Source of the DNA: Clostridia bacterium
GTDB taxonomy: Bacteria > Bacillota > Clostridia > Saccharofermentanales > UBA5734
NCBI GenBank assembly: GCA_040776905.1
Contig: JAXGZQ010000001.1
Location: 1,372,400-1,436,399 of the forward strand
Length of the DNA stretch: 64,000 nucleotides
Direction of reading: 5' to 3'
A program made the position numbers and the translations under genes. Below are positions 28,012 to 38,192 of the stretch, one piece after another; position 1 is the first letter of the stretch, and each line of letters opens with the position of its first letter. The notes below the pieces were generated by a model that had not been told where the DNA came from, did no database searches, and saw only the letters and a program-made list of their open reading frames with translations.

Positions 28012-29364
28012 ATGGGATTCCGCAAGGATTTTGCCTGGGGCGGCGCGTCCGCGTCCTACCAGATCGAAGGCGCGGCATTTGAAGATGGCAAGGGGCCGTC
28101 TGTCTGGGACATGTTCTGCCGTGAGCCGGGCCGGATCGCCGACGGTACTGTCGGTGATGTCGCCTGCGATCACTATCATCTGTATGAAAAAGATGTTGCC
28201 CTGATGAAAGATATGGCGTTCAACGCCTATCGCTTCTCCATCTCCTGGCCGCGTGTGCTGCCGCAGGGAACCGGTCGGGTCAACGAGGCCGGCCTGGCGT
28301 TCTATGACCGGCTGGTGGATAAACTGCTGGAAGCCGGTATCACGCCGTATGTTACCTTGTATCACTGGGACATGCCCTACGCGCTGTTTAAACGAGGCGG
28401 CTGGCTCAACCCGGACAGCCCGCGCTGGTTCGCTGAGTATGCTGAACTGATCGGCCGCCGCCTGGGCGATCGCGTCAAACATTTCATGACCTTTAATGAA
28501 CCGCAGTGTTTCATCGGGATCAGCTATGTGGATACCGTTCATGCTCCGGGCATCAAGGTCTCGACACGCGACGCGCTTCAGATGACGCATCATGTGCTGC
28601 TGGCACATGGCCGCGGGGTTCAGGCTCTGCGTGCGGCCGCGCCGGATGCGCAGATCGGCTGGGCGCCGACCTGCAGCGCGCACTATCCGGAAGATGAAAC
28701 GCCGGACAACATCGAGGCGGCCCGCCAGGCCATTTTCGATGTGCCGGAAGACCGCTGGTACTGGAGCGCGTCCGTCTGGAGTGATCCGGTGCTGCTCGGC
28801 CAGTATCCGCAAAAACTGTTTGACCTGCATGGACAGCATATGCCGGACATCGGCGCGGATGATCTGAAACTGATCAGCCAGCCGATGGATTTCCTCGGCC
28901 AGAATATTTATAACGGTGTTGGCGTGAAATCAGACGGCCAGGGCGGGTTTGCCTTTGTCCCCCGGCCGGACGGCTATCCGTTTACCGGTGCTAAATGGCC
29001 GGTCACACCCAAGGCACTCTACTGGGGTCCGCGGTTCATGGCTGAACGCTACAAACTGCCGATCTATCTGACTGAAAACGGACTGTCCTGTCCCGATGTC
29101 GTGTCGCTCGACGGTAAAGTCCATGACCCGAACCGGATTGACTTCACTCAACGCTATCTGCGCGAACTGCGCAGAGCGGCGGGTGACGGTGTTGACATCC
29201 GCGGCTATTTCCACTGGTGTGTGACGGATAATTTTGAATGGGCCAAAGGCTACACCGAGCGTTTCGGCATGATTTACTGTGACTTTGTGACGCAGGAGCG
29301 GATTCTCAAGGATTCCGCCTATTGGTATCGCGACGTCATCCGCAGCAATGGTGAAAATCTGTAA
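28012..29364 (+). CDS. GH1 beta-glucosidase
   Basis: FAWGGASASYQIEGA, acid/base TFNEP, nucleophile YLTENG. Confidence 0.92.
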   Translation: MGFRKDFAWGGASASYQIEGAAFEDGKGPSVWDMFCREPGRIADGTVGDVACDHYHLYEKDVALMKDMAFNAYRFSISWPRVLPQGTGRVNEAGLAFYDRLVDKLLEAGITPYVTLYHWDMPYALFKRGGWLNPDSPRWFAEYAELIGRRLGDRVKHFMTFNEPQCFIGISYVDTVHAPGIKVSTRDALQMTHHVLLAHGRGVQALRAAAPDAQIGWAPTCSAHYPEDETPDNIEAARQAIFDVPEDRWYWSASVWSDPVLLGQYPQKLFDLHGQHMPDIGADDLKLISQPMDFLGQNIYNGVGVKSDGQGGFAFVPRPDGYPFTGAKWPVTPKALYWGPRFMAERYKLPIYLTENGLSCPDVVSLDGKVHDPNRIDFTQRYLRELRRAAGDGVDIRGYFHWCVTDNFEWAKGYTERFGMIYCDFVTQERILKDSAYWYRDVIRSNGENL

Positions 29365-29391
29365 GGATAACTTGACTGAAAGGAGCATCCC

Positions 29392-30852
29392 ATGAGAATT
29401 CTGATGCTGGATATCGACACGCTCCGGCCAGATCATATGAGCTGTTATGGCTATCCCCGCCAGACGACACCCTGCATGGACGCGATTGCCGCGCAGGGCA
29501 CCCGCTTTGACCAGTACTACTGCAGTGACGCGCCCTGCCTGCCGTCACGGGCCAGCCTGATCAGCGGCCGCTTCGGCATCCACCACGGCGCGGTCGGTCA
29601 TGGCGGCACCGCGGCCGACCGCCGTCTCAGCGGCGGCCCACGCGATTTCCGGGACTGGCAGGATCTGGAGAACTTCCATCACCTGTTCCGCAAAGCCGGC
29701 CTGTATACTGCTTCAATCAGCACATTCGCCGAGCGCCATTCCTCACACTGGTTTACCGCCGGCTTCAACGAAGTGCACAATGTCGGCGGCGGTGGAATGG
29801 AATCTGGAGAAGAAGTTCTGCCGGTCGCGCTGGACTGGCTCGACCGGGAAAAGGATCGGGAGGACTGGTTTCTCCATGTTCATTTCTGGGATCCGCACAC
29901 TCCGTACCGCGCGCCGGAGGCTTTCGGCAACCCCTTCGCGGATGAACCGCTGCCGGACTGGCTGACCGATCCGGCCGTACTGGAACGGCATATGGCGATG
30001 ACCGGGCCGCATACCGCGCTGGATGTCAGCATGTATGATGACAAGGAGTCGCCGCAGTACCCCCGCCAGCCCGGCAAGGTGACTGATATGGCCGGCATGC
30101 GCCGGATCATTGACGGCTATGACTGCGGCATCCGCTATGCGGATCAGCTGATCGGACAGATTTTTGATCGTCTGGCCGACCAGGGTATTCTCGACGACGT
30201 CGCGGTCATTATTACGGCTGACCATGGCGAAAATTTCGGTGAGCTAGGCATTTACGCGGAACACGCGACGGCCGATCCGGCGACCTGCCGGATCCCCCTG
30301 ATCATCCGCTGGCCGGGACTGCCCGGCGGCCAGACCGACCAGGCCCTGCATTACAATATTGACCTGGTCCCGACCGTCGCGGATCTGCTCAACCTGTCCC
30401 ATGCCGCGTCCTGGGATGGCCGCAGCTTCGCTTCGACCCTGCAGGACGGCCGGGCTGATGGCCGTTCACATCTGGTGCTCTCACAGATGGCGCATGTCTG
30501 CCAGCGCTCCGTTTTATTCGGCGACTGGCTCTATATGCGGACATGGCATGACGGCTATCACCTGTTTCCGTCGGAAATGCTCTACCATCTCAGTGACGAC
30601 CCCCACGAGCAGGCGGATGTCGCGGACCGCTATCCGGAACGATGCGCGGAAGGGGCGCGGCTGCTGGAAAACTGGCATGCTGACATGATGGAGAATGCCG
30701 GATCGACCGTGGACCCCCTCTGGGTGGTCCTCGAGGAGGGCGGCCCGTATCACGCGCGCGGCCATCTCGAGGATTATCTGGTCCGGCTGGAAGCGACCGG
30801 CCGGCATGAAGGCGCCGCGGCTTTACGCGAACGCTGGCTGAAAAACGGATAG
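29392..30852 (+). CDS. sulfatase family protein (Cys-type, no signal peptide)
   Basis: LDIDTLRPDH and the formylglycine motif C-L-P-S-R-ASLISGR (Cys49 codon at 29536-29538). No N-terminal signal sequence. Confidence 0.8.
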   Translation: MRILMLDIDTLRPDHMSCYGYPRQTTPCMDAIAAQGTRFDQYYCSDAPCLPSRASLISGRFGIHHGAVGHGGTAADRRLSGGPRDFRDWQDLENFHHLFRKAGLYTASISTFAERHSSHWFTAGFNEVHNVGGGGMESGEEVLPVALDWLDREKDREDWFLHVHFWDPHTPYRAPEAFGNPFADEPLPDWLTDPAVLERHMAMTGPHTALDVSMYDDKESPQYPRQPGKVTDMAGMRRIIDGYDCGIRYADQLIGQIFDRLADQGILDDVAVIITADHGENFGELGIYAEHATADPATCRIPLIIRWPGLPGGQTDQALHYNIDLVPTVADLLNLSHAASWDGRSFASTLQDGRADGRSHLVLSQMAHVCQRSVLFGDWLYMRTWHDGYHLFPSEMLYHLSDDPHEQADVADRYPERCAEGARLLENWHADMMENAGSTVDPLWVVLEEGGPYHARGHLEDYLVRLEATGRHEGAAALRERWLKNG

Positions 30853-30874
30853 TCTCCTCCCTCAGAGAGAAATG

Positions 30875-30906
30875 AAAACAGGTCAGCCGAGGCTGACCTG
30901 TTTTTT
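30875..30906. terminator. bidirectional terminator
   Basis: AAAA-CAGGTCAGCC-GA-GGCTGACCTG-TTTTTT between convergent genes. Confidence 0.85.
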
Positions 30907-30925
30907 GTGCAGAAGGAGAAACGGC

Positions 30926-33900
30926 TTATGAACAGCCGGTGGTGGTTCCGCAGTCCAGACAGACTTTGCAGTTGCCGTTCCTGACCATCCGGGTGCTGGA
31001 ACAGGCAGAGCAGATGGATCCGTCATACAGCTTCTCACCATTTTCGGCCGCATCACGCGCTTTTTCGTGGACAAACTCACCCTGGCTGATCACGATCTGT
31101 GAATCTGCCACGGGTTCAGCCTGACGGCCGGTCGAGTACTCACGGTCGCGCGGCGCCGGGAAGACGGTGTTCTTGTCCGGTTTGACCTGGCAGCGTGAGA
31201 AGTCGCCGAGCTCGATGTCGATCACTTTACTGATCAGATCGGAAATCGAGGTACAGTATTTGATGAACGGATGCCGGGTGACAAAGCCATACGGTTCGTA
31301 TTTCTGGCCGCGCAGCATTTTTGAAATATTCTGCGGCGGAATGTGGTACTGCAGCATGACCGAGATCGTCTTGGAGAGCGAGTTGAGCAGTCCCATGATC
31401 AGGGTTCCCTCGCGATCGGTCGTGATGTAGATCTCGGAAATGTCGCCGTTGCTGTTGCGGTTGACCGTCGTGTAGATCTTGATATCGTCAATCTGCGCCG
31501 GATGGGTATGGCCGGAGCGGATCCCGATCGGCTTATCACGCCGCGACGGGTGGTCTGATCCCAGCTGATCCATGTCCAGCAGTTTTTTCTGCGCGTTGCG
31601 GGCATACTCAAGCAGCGGCTCGTACATCAGGTTTTCCAGATCAATATCATGCCGGTCGCTTTCCAGCCGGTTATTGAGCGGCTGGGCGATCTTGGAGCCG
31701 TCACGATACAGTGTGATACCCTTGACACCGAGTTTCCAGGCATTGACAACGACGGCCTTGAAATCATCAATGGTCGCGTCATGCGGCAGATTGACCGTCT
31801 TGGAGATGGCACCGGACAGAAGCGGCGAGAGCGCGGCGACCATCATGACATGGCCCATGTAGTGGATATAGCGCTCACCGCTGCCGCACTGGTTGGCGGT
31901 GTCGAAAATCGGCAGATGCTCGTCCTTGAGCCCGGGTGCGCCTTCAATCTTGCCATCGATGATCATGCCGTCTTTTTCACGGACGATATAGTCGAGGATG
32001 GCCTGAACGTCTTCTTCGTTATAGCCGAGGCGGCTGAGCGCGACACCGATCATCGGATTGGCCAGCTTCATGAAGCCGCCGCCGGACAGCTTCTTGTAGA
32101 CGACATGGGAGAAGAACGGCTCGATGCTGGTTGCGGCGCAGTCCATGGCGAAGGAGATGGTTCCGGTCGGCGCCATGACGGAGACCTGGGCGTTGCGGTA
32201 GCCGAAGGACTCACCGGCTGTTTCCGCTGCCTGCCATTCCTCGCGGACCTGTTCCGACAGTTCAGCGAACCCGAGGGAGGCCAGCTGCTCATGATCAATC
32301 ATCACTGGCTGGATGGTCAGATCTTCCATCGCGTCATCGCGGGCACCGGCGACACGGGCATGGTTGCGGATGACACGCAGCATCGGTTCGCGATTGAGGT
32401 CAAAGGTGGCGAACGGACCGGCTTTTTCGGCCATCAGCGCTGAGACATGGTAGCTGCGGCCGGTCAGGATACCGGTGAGAGCAGCAGCGAATGTGCGGGC
32501 TTCGTCTGAATCGTAGGGCAGCCCGAGCACCATGAGCAGTGAGGCAAGATTGGCCATGCCCAGGCCGGTGGTCCGGTACAGCCAGGTCTTGCGGGCGATA
32601 TCCGGCGTCGGGAAATGGCCCCAGTGGATCGAGGATTCGAGGACCAGCTGGCACAGCGTGATCATATGCAGATAGCCTTCGAGATCGAACTGATCCGCGT
32701 TCTGGTCAAAGAAGCGCAGAATATTGATTGAGGCCAGGTTGCAGCTGGTGTCATCGAGGAACGCGTACTCGCCACAGGGGTTGGTCGAGTTGAGCCGGTT
32801 ATGGTGAGCACCGACCTGACCGTCTTCGCCGGCCGGGCAGGTGTGCCATTCATTAAAGGTATCGGTGAACTGTGGTGCCGGATCGGCGCATTTCCAGGCG
32901 GACTCATTAAAGATCTGCCAGAGATGGTCAACCGGGACATCGCGGTCGATCGAGCGGTCGATCCGGCCGGCCAGCGTGATGGTGGCATCTGGATCCTGGT
33001 CGAGATTGACGACCTTGCTCATGAAATCATGGGTCAGACGGACGGAGTTGTTGCTGTTCTGGCCGGAGACCGTCTGATAGGCCTCGCCGTCCATATCCGC
33101 GTCATAGCCCATTTTCTGCAGTGCCCGGACTTTGTCTTCCTCCCGTGCTTTCCACTGGATGAAATCCTCGATTTCCGGATGATCAATATCGAGGCAGACC
33201 ATTTTGGCGGCCCGGCGGGTGGTACCGCCGGACTTGATCGCGCCGGCATTGCGGTCGAGCCCCTTGAGAAAGCTCATCAGGCCGGAGGACGCGCCACCGC
33301 CGGACAGTCTCTCACCGGAGGCACGGATGGTTGAGAAGTTGGTGCCGGTACCAGAACCACCCTTGAACAGCTTGGTCTCTGTGACATACTCTTCAGAGAT
33401 GGAATGCGGCCCCAGCAGAGTATCACTGATGGAGAGAATGAAACAGGCAGATGCCTGGGTGCGGGTATAATCGTCCTCGGATTCAACCACACCGCCTTTT
33501 TCCGGGTCATAGTAATAAAGACCGTTGCGGCCGCCGGCGATCCCGTAGCTGCGCTTGAGACCGGTATTGAACCATTGTGGCGAATTCGGCGCGAACATCT
33601 GGTTGAGGAAGGTGTAGACCAGTTCGTCATAAAGGATCTGGCGCTGATCCTCACTGATCATCTGCTCGTCAGCCAGCGCGGCGACCCAGAAGTCAACCAG
33701 CCGGTGCGCGACCTGGCGCATGCTGTTCTCCGCTCCGGTTTCTGTCGGCACGCCGGCCTTGCGGAAATATTTGGACGCGATGATATCACAGGCGTTCTGT
33801 GAATAATGAACCGGAAATTCCAGACCCTTCATATCACAAAGGACACGTCCGCTCTTGTAATCCTTGAGCAGGACATCACGTTTTTCCCAGTCAAATAAGT

Positions 33901-33976
33901 CGTAGACAGTCATATCCGGCTGATCGTCCAGCACCTTGGTATAGTAGCGGCGGATCAGCTTATCGAGCTTGGCCAT
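30926..33976 (-). CDS. nrdJ: adenosylcobalamin-dependent ribonucleotide reductase (class II)
   Basis: STNPCGEYAFLDDTSCNLASIN active-site loop, TVNLP, and C-terminal CxxC...CxxC tail. Start reset to ATG 33976, which follows GGAGGAA; the listed 34018 start has no RBS. Confidence 0.88.
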   Translation of the reverse strand: MAKLDKLIRRYYTKVLDDQPDMTVYDLFDWEKRDVLLKDYKSGRVLCDMKGLEFPVHYSQNACDIIASKYFRKAGVPTETGAENSMRQVAHRLVDFWVAALADEQMISEDQRQILYDELVYTFLNQMFAPNSPQWFNTGLKRSYGIAGGRNGLYYYDPEKGGVVESEDDYTRTQASACFILSISDTLLGPHSISEEYVTETKLFKGGSGTGTNFSTIRASGERLSGGGASSGLMSFLKGLDRNAGAIKSGGTTRRAAKMVCLDIDHPEIEDFIQWKAREEDKVRALQKMGYDADMDGEAYQTVSGQNSNNSVRLTHDFMSKVVNLDQDPDATITLAGRIDRSIDRDVPVDHLWQIFNESAWKCADPAPQFTDTFNEWHTCPAGEDGQVGAHHNRLNSTNPCGEYAFLDDTSCNLASINILRFFDQNADQFDLEGYLHMITLCQLVLESSIHWGHFPTPDIARKTWLYRTTGLGMANLASLLMVLGLPYDSDEARTFAAALTGILTGRSYHVSALMAEKAGPFATFDLNREPMLRVIRNHARVAGARDDAMEDLTIQPVMIDHEQLASLGFAELSEQVREEWQAAETAGESFGYRNAQVSVMAPTGTISFAMDCAATSIEPFFSHVVYKKLSGGGFMKLANPMIGVALSRLGYNEEDVQAILDYIVREKDGMIIDGKIEGAPGLKDEHLPIFDTANQCGSGERYIHYMGHVMMVAALSPLLSGAISKTVNLPHDATIDDFKAVVVNAWKLGVKGITLYRDGSKIAQPLNNRLESDRHDIDLENLMYEPLLEYARNAQKKLLDMDQLGSDHPSRRDKPIGIRSGHTHPAQIDDIKIYTTVNRNSNGDISEIYITTDREGTLIMGLLNSLSKTISVMLQYHIPPQNISKMLRGQKYEPYGFVTRHPFIKYCTSISDLISKVIDIELGDFSRCQVKPDKNTVFPAPRDREYSTGRQAEPVADSQIVISQGEFVHEKARDAAENGEKLYDGSICSACSSTRMVRNGNCKVCLDCGTTTGCS

Positions 33977-34151
33977 AAGATTCCTCCAGAGATCGTATAT
34001 TGACGTTTTCGTCTGCATATTGTGCTTTTAATTAAAGCCGTATACAAAATATAGACGATCGACCGTCTGAATACAAGGCCTGACCCGGAACTGTAATAGA
34101 TAATCTGGTAGAAATAAATCATGAAAATTCGTCAAATCGAATAATTGACAG

Positions 34152-35324
34152 TCAGTCACGCCGGAGAACGAGCACAGCCACGGCTGATGTCGCCAGCGCG
34201 ACCAGACCGGCGATGACAAATCCGGTTCCCAGACTGAACGCGTCAGCCAGACCGCCGATCAGGACCGGACCGGTGACCATGCCGATTCCGTAGACCGCCT
34301 GGTAAAAGCCCATGGCGCTGGCTTTTTGTGAGACCGGGATCGTCCGGGTACAGATGGACATGAGCAGGGTCATTTGAAACCCGCTGCCGATACCGGCGGC
34401 AAACTGGAAAATAAACAGAAGCGGCAGATGATGGACAAGCGGCAGCAGACAGGTAAAAACTCCTGTGAGCACGAATCCGGTAATGATCAGAGTACGCAGG
34501 CGAAACCAGCGGGCCAGAACACTGCCGCCGAGCAGCGCGGCGATCGCGCGCGGCAGCAGGGCAAATGCGGACAGCAGTCCGATGGTCCCGCGGCTGGCGC
34601 CGAGCTGGCTGGCGAATTCCGGGACGAATCCCTGTGTGGTGGCGAAATTGACCAGCTGTGAGAGCAGCGCCAATATGGACGTCCAAAACAGCGTATGGTC
34701 GCGGCCGATGGTCAGGGCGGAGCGGAAGGTCGGTACCGGCGCGTCCCGGTCAGGCTGATGGTCGCGGACCAGCAAAGACAGCAGGAAGCCGATCGCGGCG
34801 ACCGCCGCGGCGAGGAGAAAGGCGACCGGCCAGCCGGCTGCCTGGGCGAGAAAACTGCCGGCCAGCATCGCGGACATCAGGCCGATGTTGTTGACGAAGC
34901 TGAGCCGGCCCATCGCGCGGGACGCGGCTTCCGGCGGATAATAGGAAAGATAGAGGGTTGATGAGTGCACCCAGGTCGCCGCGGAGATGCCGGCCATCGC
35001 CCGGAACAGCAGGATCAGCCAGATTTCATTAAAGAAGTAAAGCCCCAGCGCGCTGGCCAGGGAAAAGAACAGGCCGGCCACGACGAAGATCTTCTTATTA
35101 CGCCAGCGGTCGGACAGGATTCCGGCCGGCAGCCGCAGCAGCGTCTGGGTCAGGCCGTAGGAACCGACGACGATGCCGGCTGAAGTCAGCGACGCGCCGA
35201 GTTCTGTCAGATAGGGCGTCAGGATCGCCGGATAGGTATAAAGCGCGAACCAGAAGAAAAACGTAACCGCCAGCAGCAGCGGTTCACGACGTTGTTCCAG
35301 ACGGTCAGTCAGATTCTGATGCAT
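34152..35324 (-). CDS. MFS transporter
   Basis: 12-TM profile with the GILSDRWRNKK loop motif. Start trimmed to ATG 35324. Confidence 0.85.
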   Translation of the reverse strand: MHQNLTDRLEQRREPLLLAVTFFFWFALYTYPAILTPYLTELGASLTSAGIVVGSYGLTQTLLRLPAGILSDRWRNKKIFVVAGLFFSLASALGLYFFNEIWLILLFRAMAGISAATWVHSSTLYLSYYPPEAASRAMGRLSFVNNIGLMSAMLAGSFLAQAAGWPVAFLLAAAVAAIGFLLSLLVRDHQPDRDAPVPTFRSALTIGRDHTLFWTSILALLSQLVNFATTQGFVPEFASQLGASRGTIGLLSAFALLPRAIAALLGGSVLARWFRLRTLIITGFVLTGVFTCLLPLVHHLPLLFIFQFAAGIGSGFQMTLLMSICTRTIPVSQKASAMGFYQAVYGIGMVTGPVLIGGLADAFSLGTGFVIAGLVALATSAVAVLVLRRD

Positions 35325-35437
35325 GAAAAATCCTTTCCGGGACATGGGCTGAGGGATGGCACAGCGACATGATTGTGGCATAATGATGTATCATATCATG
35401 ACGGCCGGACCGCAACAAGCCGGCCCGGAGGTCACAG

Positions 35438-35986
35438 ATGAACCAGCAAAAAGCATTCTGGAAGCGGGGTCTGCTTCACATCTACTGCGGTGATGGCAAG
35501 GGAAAAACCACCGCGTCTGTCGGACTGTCGGTCCGGGCGCATGGCCGCGGCCGCCGGGTTGTGTTTGTCCAGTTTCTCAAGGATGGCCGCTCCGGTGAGA
35601 TCCAGGTGCTGAAACGACTGGAAGGCCTGACGGTGATCACCGGTCAGACCGTGGCGAAATTTACCTTCGCGATGAATGAGCAGGAACGGGCTGAAACCTA
35701 CGCGCTGCACATGGACTACCTGAGCCGGGCAGCGCGGCTGGCGCACAGCGAGCCGATCGATCTGCTGGTGCTCGATGAGGCCCTCGGTGCGATCGAGACC
35801 GGATTGCTGGATGAAGACACGCTGGTCGATTTTCTGTCCCATCGTCCGAAGCATCTGGAAGTTGTTCTGACCGGCCGGATCATCACAGACCGGCTGGCTG
35901 AACTGGCTGACTATATCTCGGAAATCCGCTGCGTTCGCCATCCTTATGAACAGGGTATCGCCGCCCGTGAAGGAATCGAGTATTGA
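35438..35986 (+). CDS. cobO: cob(I)yrinic acid a,c-diamide / corrinoid adenosyltransferase (CobA/CobO/BtuR type)
   Basis: GLLHIYCGDGKGKTTASVGLSVRAHGRG..VVFVQFLK and LLVLDE. Confidence 0.88.
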   Translation: MNQQKAFWKRGLLHIYCGDGKGKTTASVGLSVRAHGRGRRVVFVQFLKDGRSGEIQVLKRLEGLTVITGQTVAKFTFAMNEQERAETYALHMDYLSRAARLAHSEPIDLLVLDEALGAIETGLLDEDTLVDFLSHRPKHLEVVLTGRIITDRLAELADYISEIRCVRHPYEQGIAAREGIEY

Positions 35987-36017
35987 GCCGGATATTCCGG
36001 CAGGAGAGGAATCCCAG

Positions 36018-37436
36018 ATGATATCTGATCGTCTTTTCGGATCAACATTATCGACCAGCCAGCGCCTGCGTGGCCATCTGGCGGTTGCGGCCGGGCGCGT
36101 CAGCCGGCGTATGCTCCGCCTGCTCGGACGCGGCGCGACGGCGCTGCCGGGAAATCTCGCGCTGCGGATCGATCCGGGCCTGCTGCGTCATCTGACCGCG
36201 GACCGGCAGGTCTTTCTGGTGACCGGAACCAACGGCAAGACCACAACGGTCAGGGTCCTTTGTGATATTCTGCGGGCCGCCGGCCGGACGGTGATCACCA
36301 ATCCTTCAGGCGCGAATCTCGGATCAGGCCTGACCACCATGCTGATCGCCCATACCCGCGAACTGCGGAAGAGCCGCTCCGGCGGACCGCCGCTGTCACT
36401 GGTCTTTGAGATTGATGAAGCCTATTTCGCCAAACTGTCGGCCGATCTGAATCCCCAGGTCTGCCTGGTCACCAATTTCTTCCGCGATCAGCTGGACCGT
36501 TTCGGTGAGCTGCAGCATACCCGCGACCTGATCGCGCGCGGACTGGCAGGGACAAAAGCCACCGCGGTCCTCTGCGCGGACGATTCACTGTGCGCCTCAC
36601 TCGGGCGTGAACAGCCGGAGCGGTCACTTTATTTCGGGATGGATACGGCGGGGATGCAGCCGCCGGCAGAAGCACAGAGCCAGGAATCCGTGTTCTGTCC
36701 GTTCTGCCAAACCCGTTATGACTATCAGGCGATCGCCTATGGCCATCTGGGCGCGTTCAGCTGTTCCGGCTGCGGGTTTGCCCGGCCGCGGCCGGATCTT
36801 TGCTTTCAGGTCAGCCGATCCGACCAGCTCAGCCAGGATCTAATATTGACTTATCAGGATCAGCCGGCTGAGGCGCGGCTTTCGGTTCCGGGGGTGCACA
36901 ATGCCTATAACGCCACCGGTGCGGTGCTGGCCGCGCTGGCGGCCGGTTTGCCACTGGAAACCTGCCTGACCGCTTTGGGACAGGTTGAGGCCGCCTTTGG
37001 CCGGATGGAGCGCTTCCAGGCCGGCGACCGGGAGGTCTGCCTCATTCTGGTCAAGAACCCGGTCGGCATGGACCGTGCGCTGGAGTTTGTCGGCCAGGCC
37101 GATGACTATGGCGGCATGATGTTCCTGCTGAACGCCAATGATCCGGATGGCCGTGATGTGTCCTGGATCTGGGACGCGGCTTTCGAGGAGTACCTGCCGG
37201 ACGGTCCGCTGGCCGTTTCGGGACAACGTGCGGATGATCTCGCGCTGCGCCTGTATTATGCCGGCCGTCCGGCTGATTCGATCACAGTCAATCCGGACGC
37301 GGTCACGCTGTTTGATCAGGTCCTGTCCGGCTGTCCGGCCGGCCGCTGCCTGTATATTCTGCCGAATTACACCGCGATGCTCGATCTGCGGGCCCATTTT
37401 GTCCGCCGCTATCATCTGCGGGAATTCTGGCGCTGA
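36018..37436 (+). CDS. murT: lipid II isoglutaminyl synthase subunit MurT (Mur ligase family)
   Basis: VTGTNGKTTT P-loop. Cys4 ribbon CPFC...CSGCG. Followed by gatD. Start at ATG 36018 after aggagagga. Confidence 0.88.
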   Translation: MISDRLFGSTLSTSQRLRGHLAVAAGRVSRRMLRLLGRGATALPGNLALRIDPGLLRHLTADRQVFLVTGTNGKTTTVRVLCDILRAAGRTVITNPSGANLGSGLTTMLIAHTRELRKSRSGGPPLSLVFEIDEAYFAKLSADLNPQVCLVTNFFRDQLDRFGELQHTRDLIARGLAGTKATAVLCADDSLCASLGREQPERSLYFGMDTAGMQPPAEAQSQESVFCPFCQTRYDYQAIAYGHLGAFSCSGCGFARPRPDLCFQVSRSDQLSQDLILTYQDQPAEARLSVPGVHNAYNATGAVLAALAAGLPLETCLTALGQVEAAFGRMERFQAGDREVCLILVKNPVGMDRALEFVGQADDYGGMMFLLNANDPDGRDVSWIWDAAFEEYLPDGPLAVSGQRADDLALRLYYAGRPADSITVNPDAVTLFDQVLSGCPAGRCLYILPNYTAMLDLRAHFVRRYHLREFWR

Positions 37437-37451
37437 CCTGATGGAGGGTGT

Positions 37452-38192
37452 ATGAAACTGAGAATTGGCCATCTCTATCCTGATCTTCTCAATCTTTACG
37501 GCGACCGGGGGAACCTGATCGCTCTGCGGCAGCGTTGCCTCTGGCGCGGCATCGAATGTGAGATTCTTCCCCTCAGCCTGGGCCAGCCGTTTACCGCGGC
37601 TGACTATGACCTGCTCTTTCTCGGCGGCGGACAGGATCATGAGCAGAACCTGCTGCTCAGCGATCTGATTGATCTCAAGGGTCCGGCGCTGCGCGACGCC
37701 ATTGAGGCCGATCTGCCAGTTCTCTGTGTTTGCGGCGGCTACCAGTTGATGGGCCACTATTATCAGGAAGCGGACGGCCGGCGCATTGAGGGACTGGGCG
37801 TACTGGATCTTTATACCGAAGCGGTCCATGAGCGGATGATCGGCGATGTGATCGCCGAAGCGCCGTTTCTGGCCGAACAGGGGCGGGATTCGCTTCTGAT
37901 CGGGTTTGAGAATCATTCTGGCCGTACCTGGCTCGGACAAGGGGTGCGTCCGCTCGCTCATGTCCGGACCGGTCATGGCAACAATGGCCGGGACAAAACG
38001 GAAGGCGCGGTCTACAAACAAGTCTACGGGACCTATCTGCATGGCAGTTTTCTGCCGAAGAACCCGGAGATGGCTGACCAGCTGATTCTTAAGGCGCTGC
38101 AATCCAGGCATCATGAACTTGATGTTCTGACTCCACTGCCGAATGAACTGGAAAACCGGGCCAGACAGTCTATACTGGCCAGTCATAACTGA
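37452..38192 (+). CDS. gatD: lipid II isoglutaminyl synthase glutaminase subunit GatD (CobQ-type GATase)
   Basis: LYPDLLNLYGDRGN, nucleophile VLCVCGGYQLMG, and GTYLHG. Confidence 0.88.
   Translation: MKLRIGHLYPDLLNLYGDRGNLIALRQRCLWRGIECEILPLSLGQPFTAADYDLLFLGGGQDHEQNLLLSDLIDLKGPALRDAIEADLPVLCVCGGYQLMGHYYQEADGRRIEGLGVLDLYTEAVHERMIGDVIAEAPFLAEQGRDSLLIGFENHSGRTWLGQGVRPLAHVRTGHGNNGRDKTEGAVYKQVYGTYLHGSFLPKNPEMADQLILKALQSRHHELDVLTPLPNELENRARQSILASHN

Noticed and set aside
27487-28839. 450-aa minus-strand ORF overlapping the VOC and GH1 genes. Similar long antisense ORFs: 40119-41954, 36840-38186, 45173-46093, 46094-47110, 53527-54417, 11912-12934, 9313-9993, 35432-35941, 14234-15019, 43805-44509.
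   Set aside because: All lie antisense to genes with clear family motifs. They are Arg/Pro/Gly/Ala-rich with no recognisable domains and lack RBS-like sequences. High-GC coding DNA routinely leaves the antisense frame open, so these are shadow ORFs.
30926-33976. Possible intein in the 1016-aa NrdJ.
   Set aside because: No Cys/Ser-initiated block followed by a His-Asn-(Cys/Ser/Thr) junction, and no homing-endonuclease-like insert. The length is within the range of class II RNRs with a C-terminal Zn ribbon.
33977-34151. NrdR boxes or a cobalamin riboswitch upstream of nrdJ.
   Set aside because: Only weak matches (about 10/16) to the NrdR palindrome as I remember it, and the spacing between candidates is wrong. 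The region is too short and lacks the B12-box for a cobalamin riboswitch. Kept only as a possible operator palindrome.
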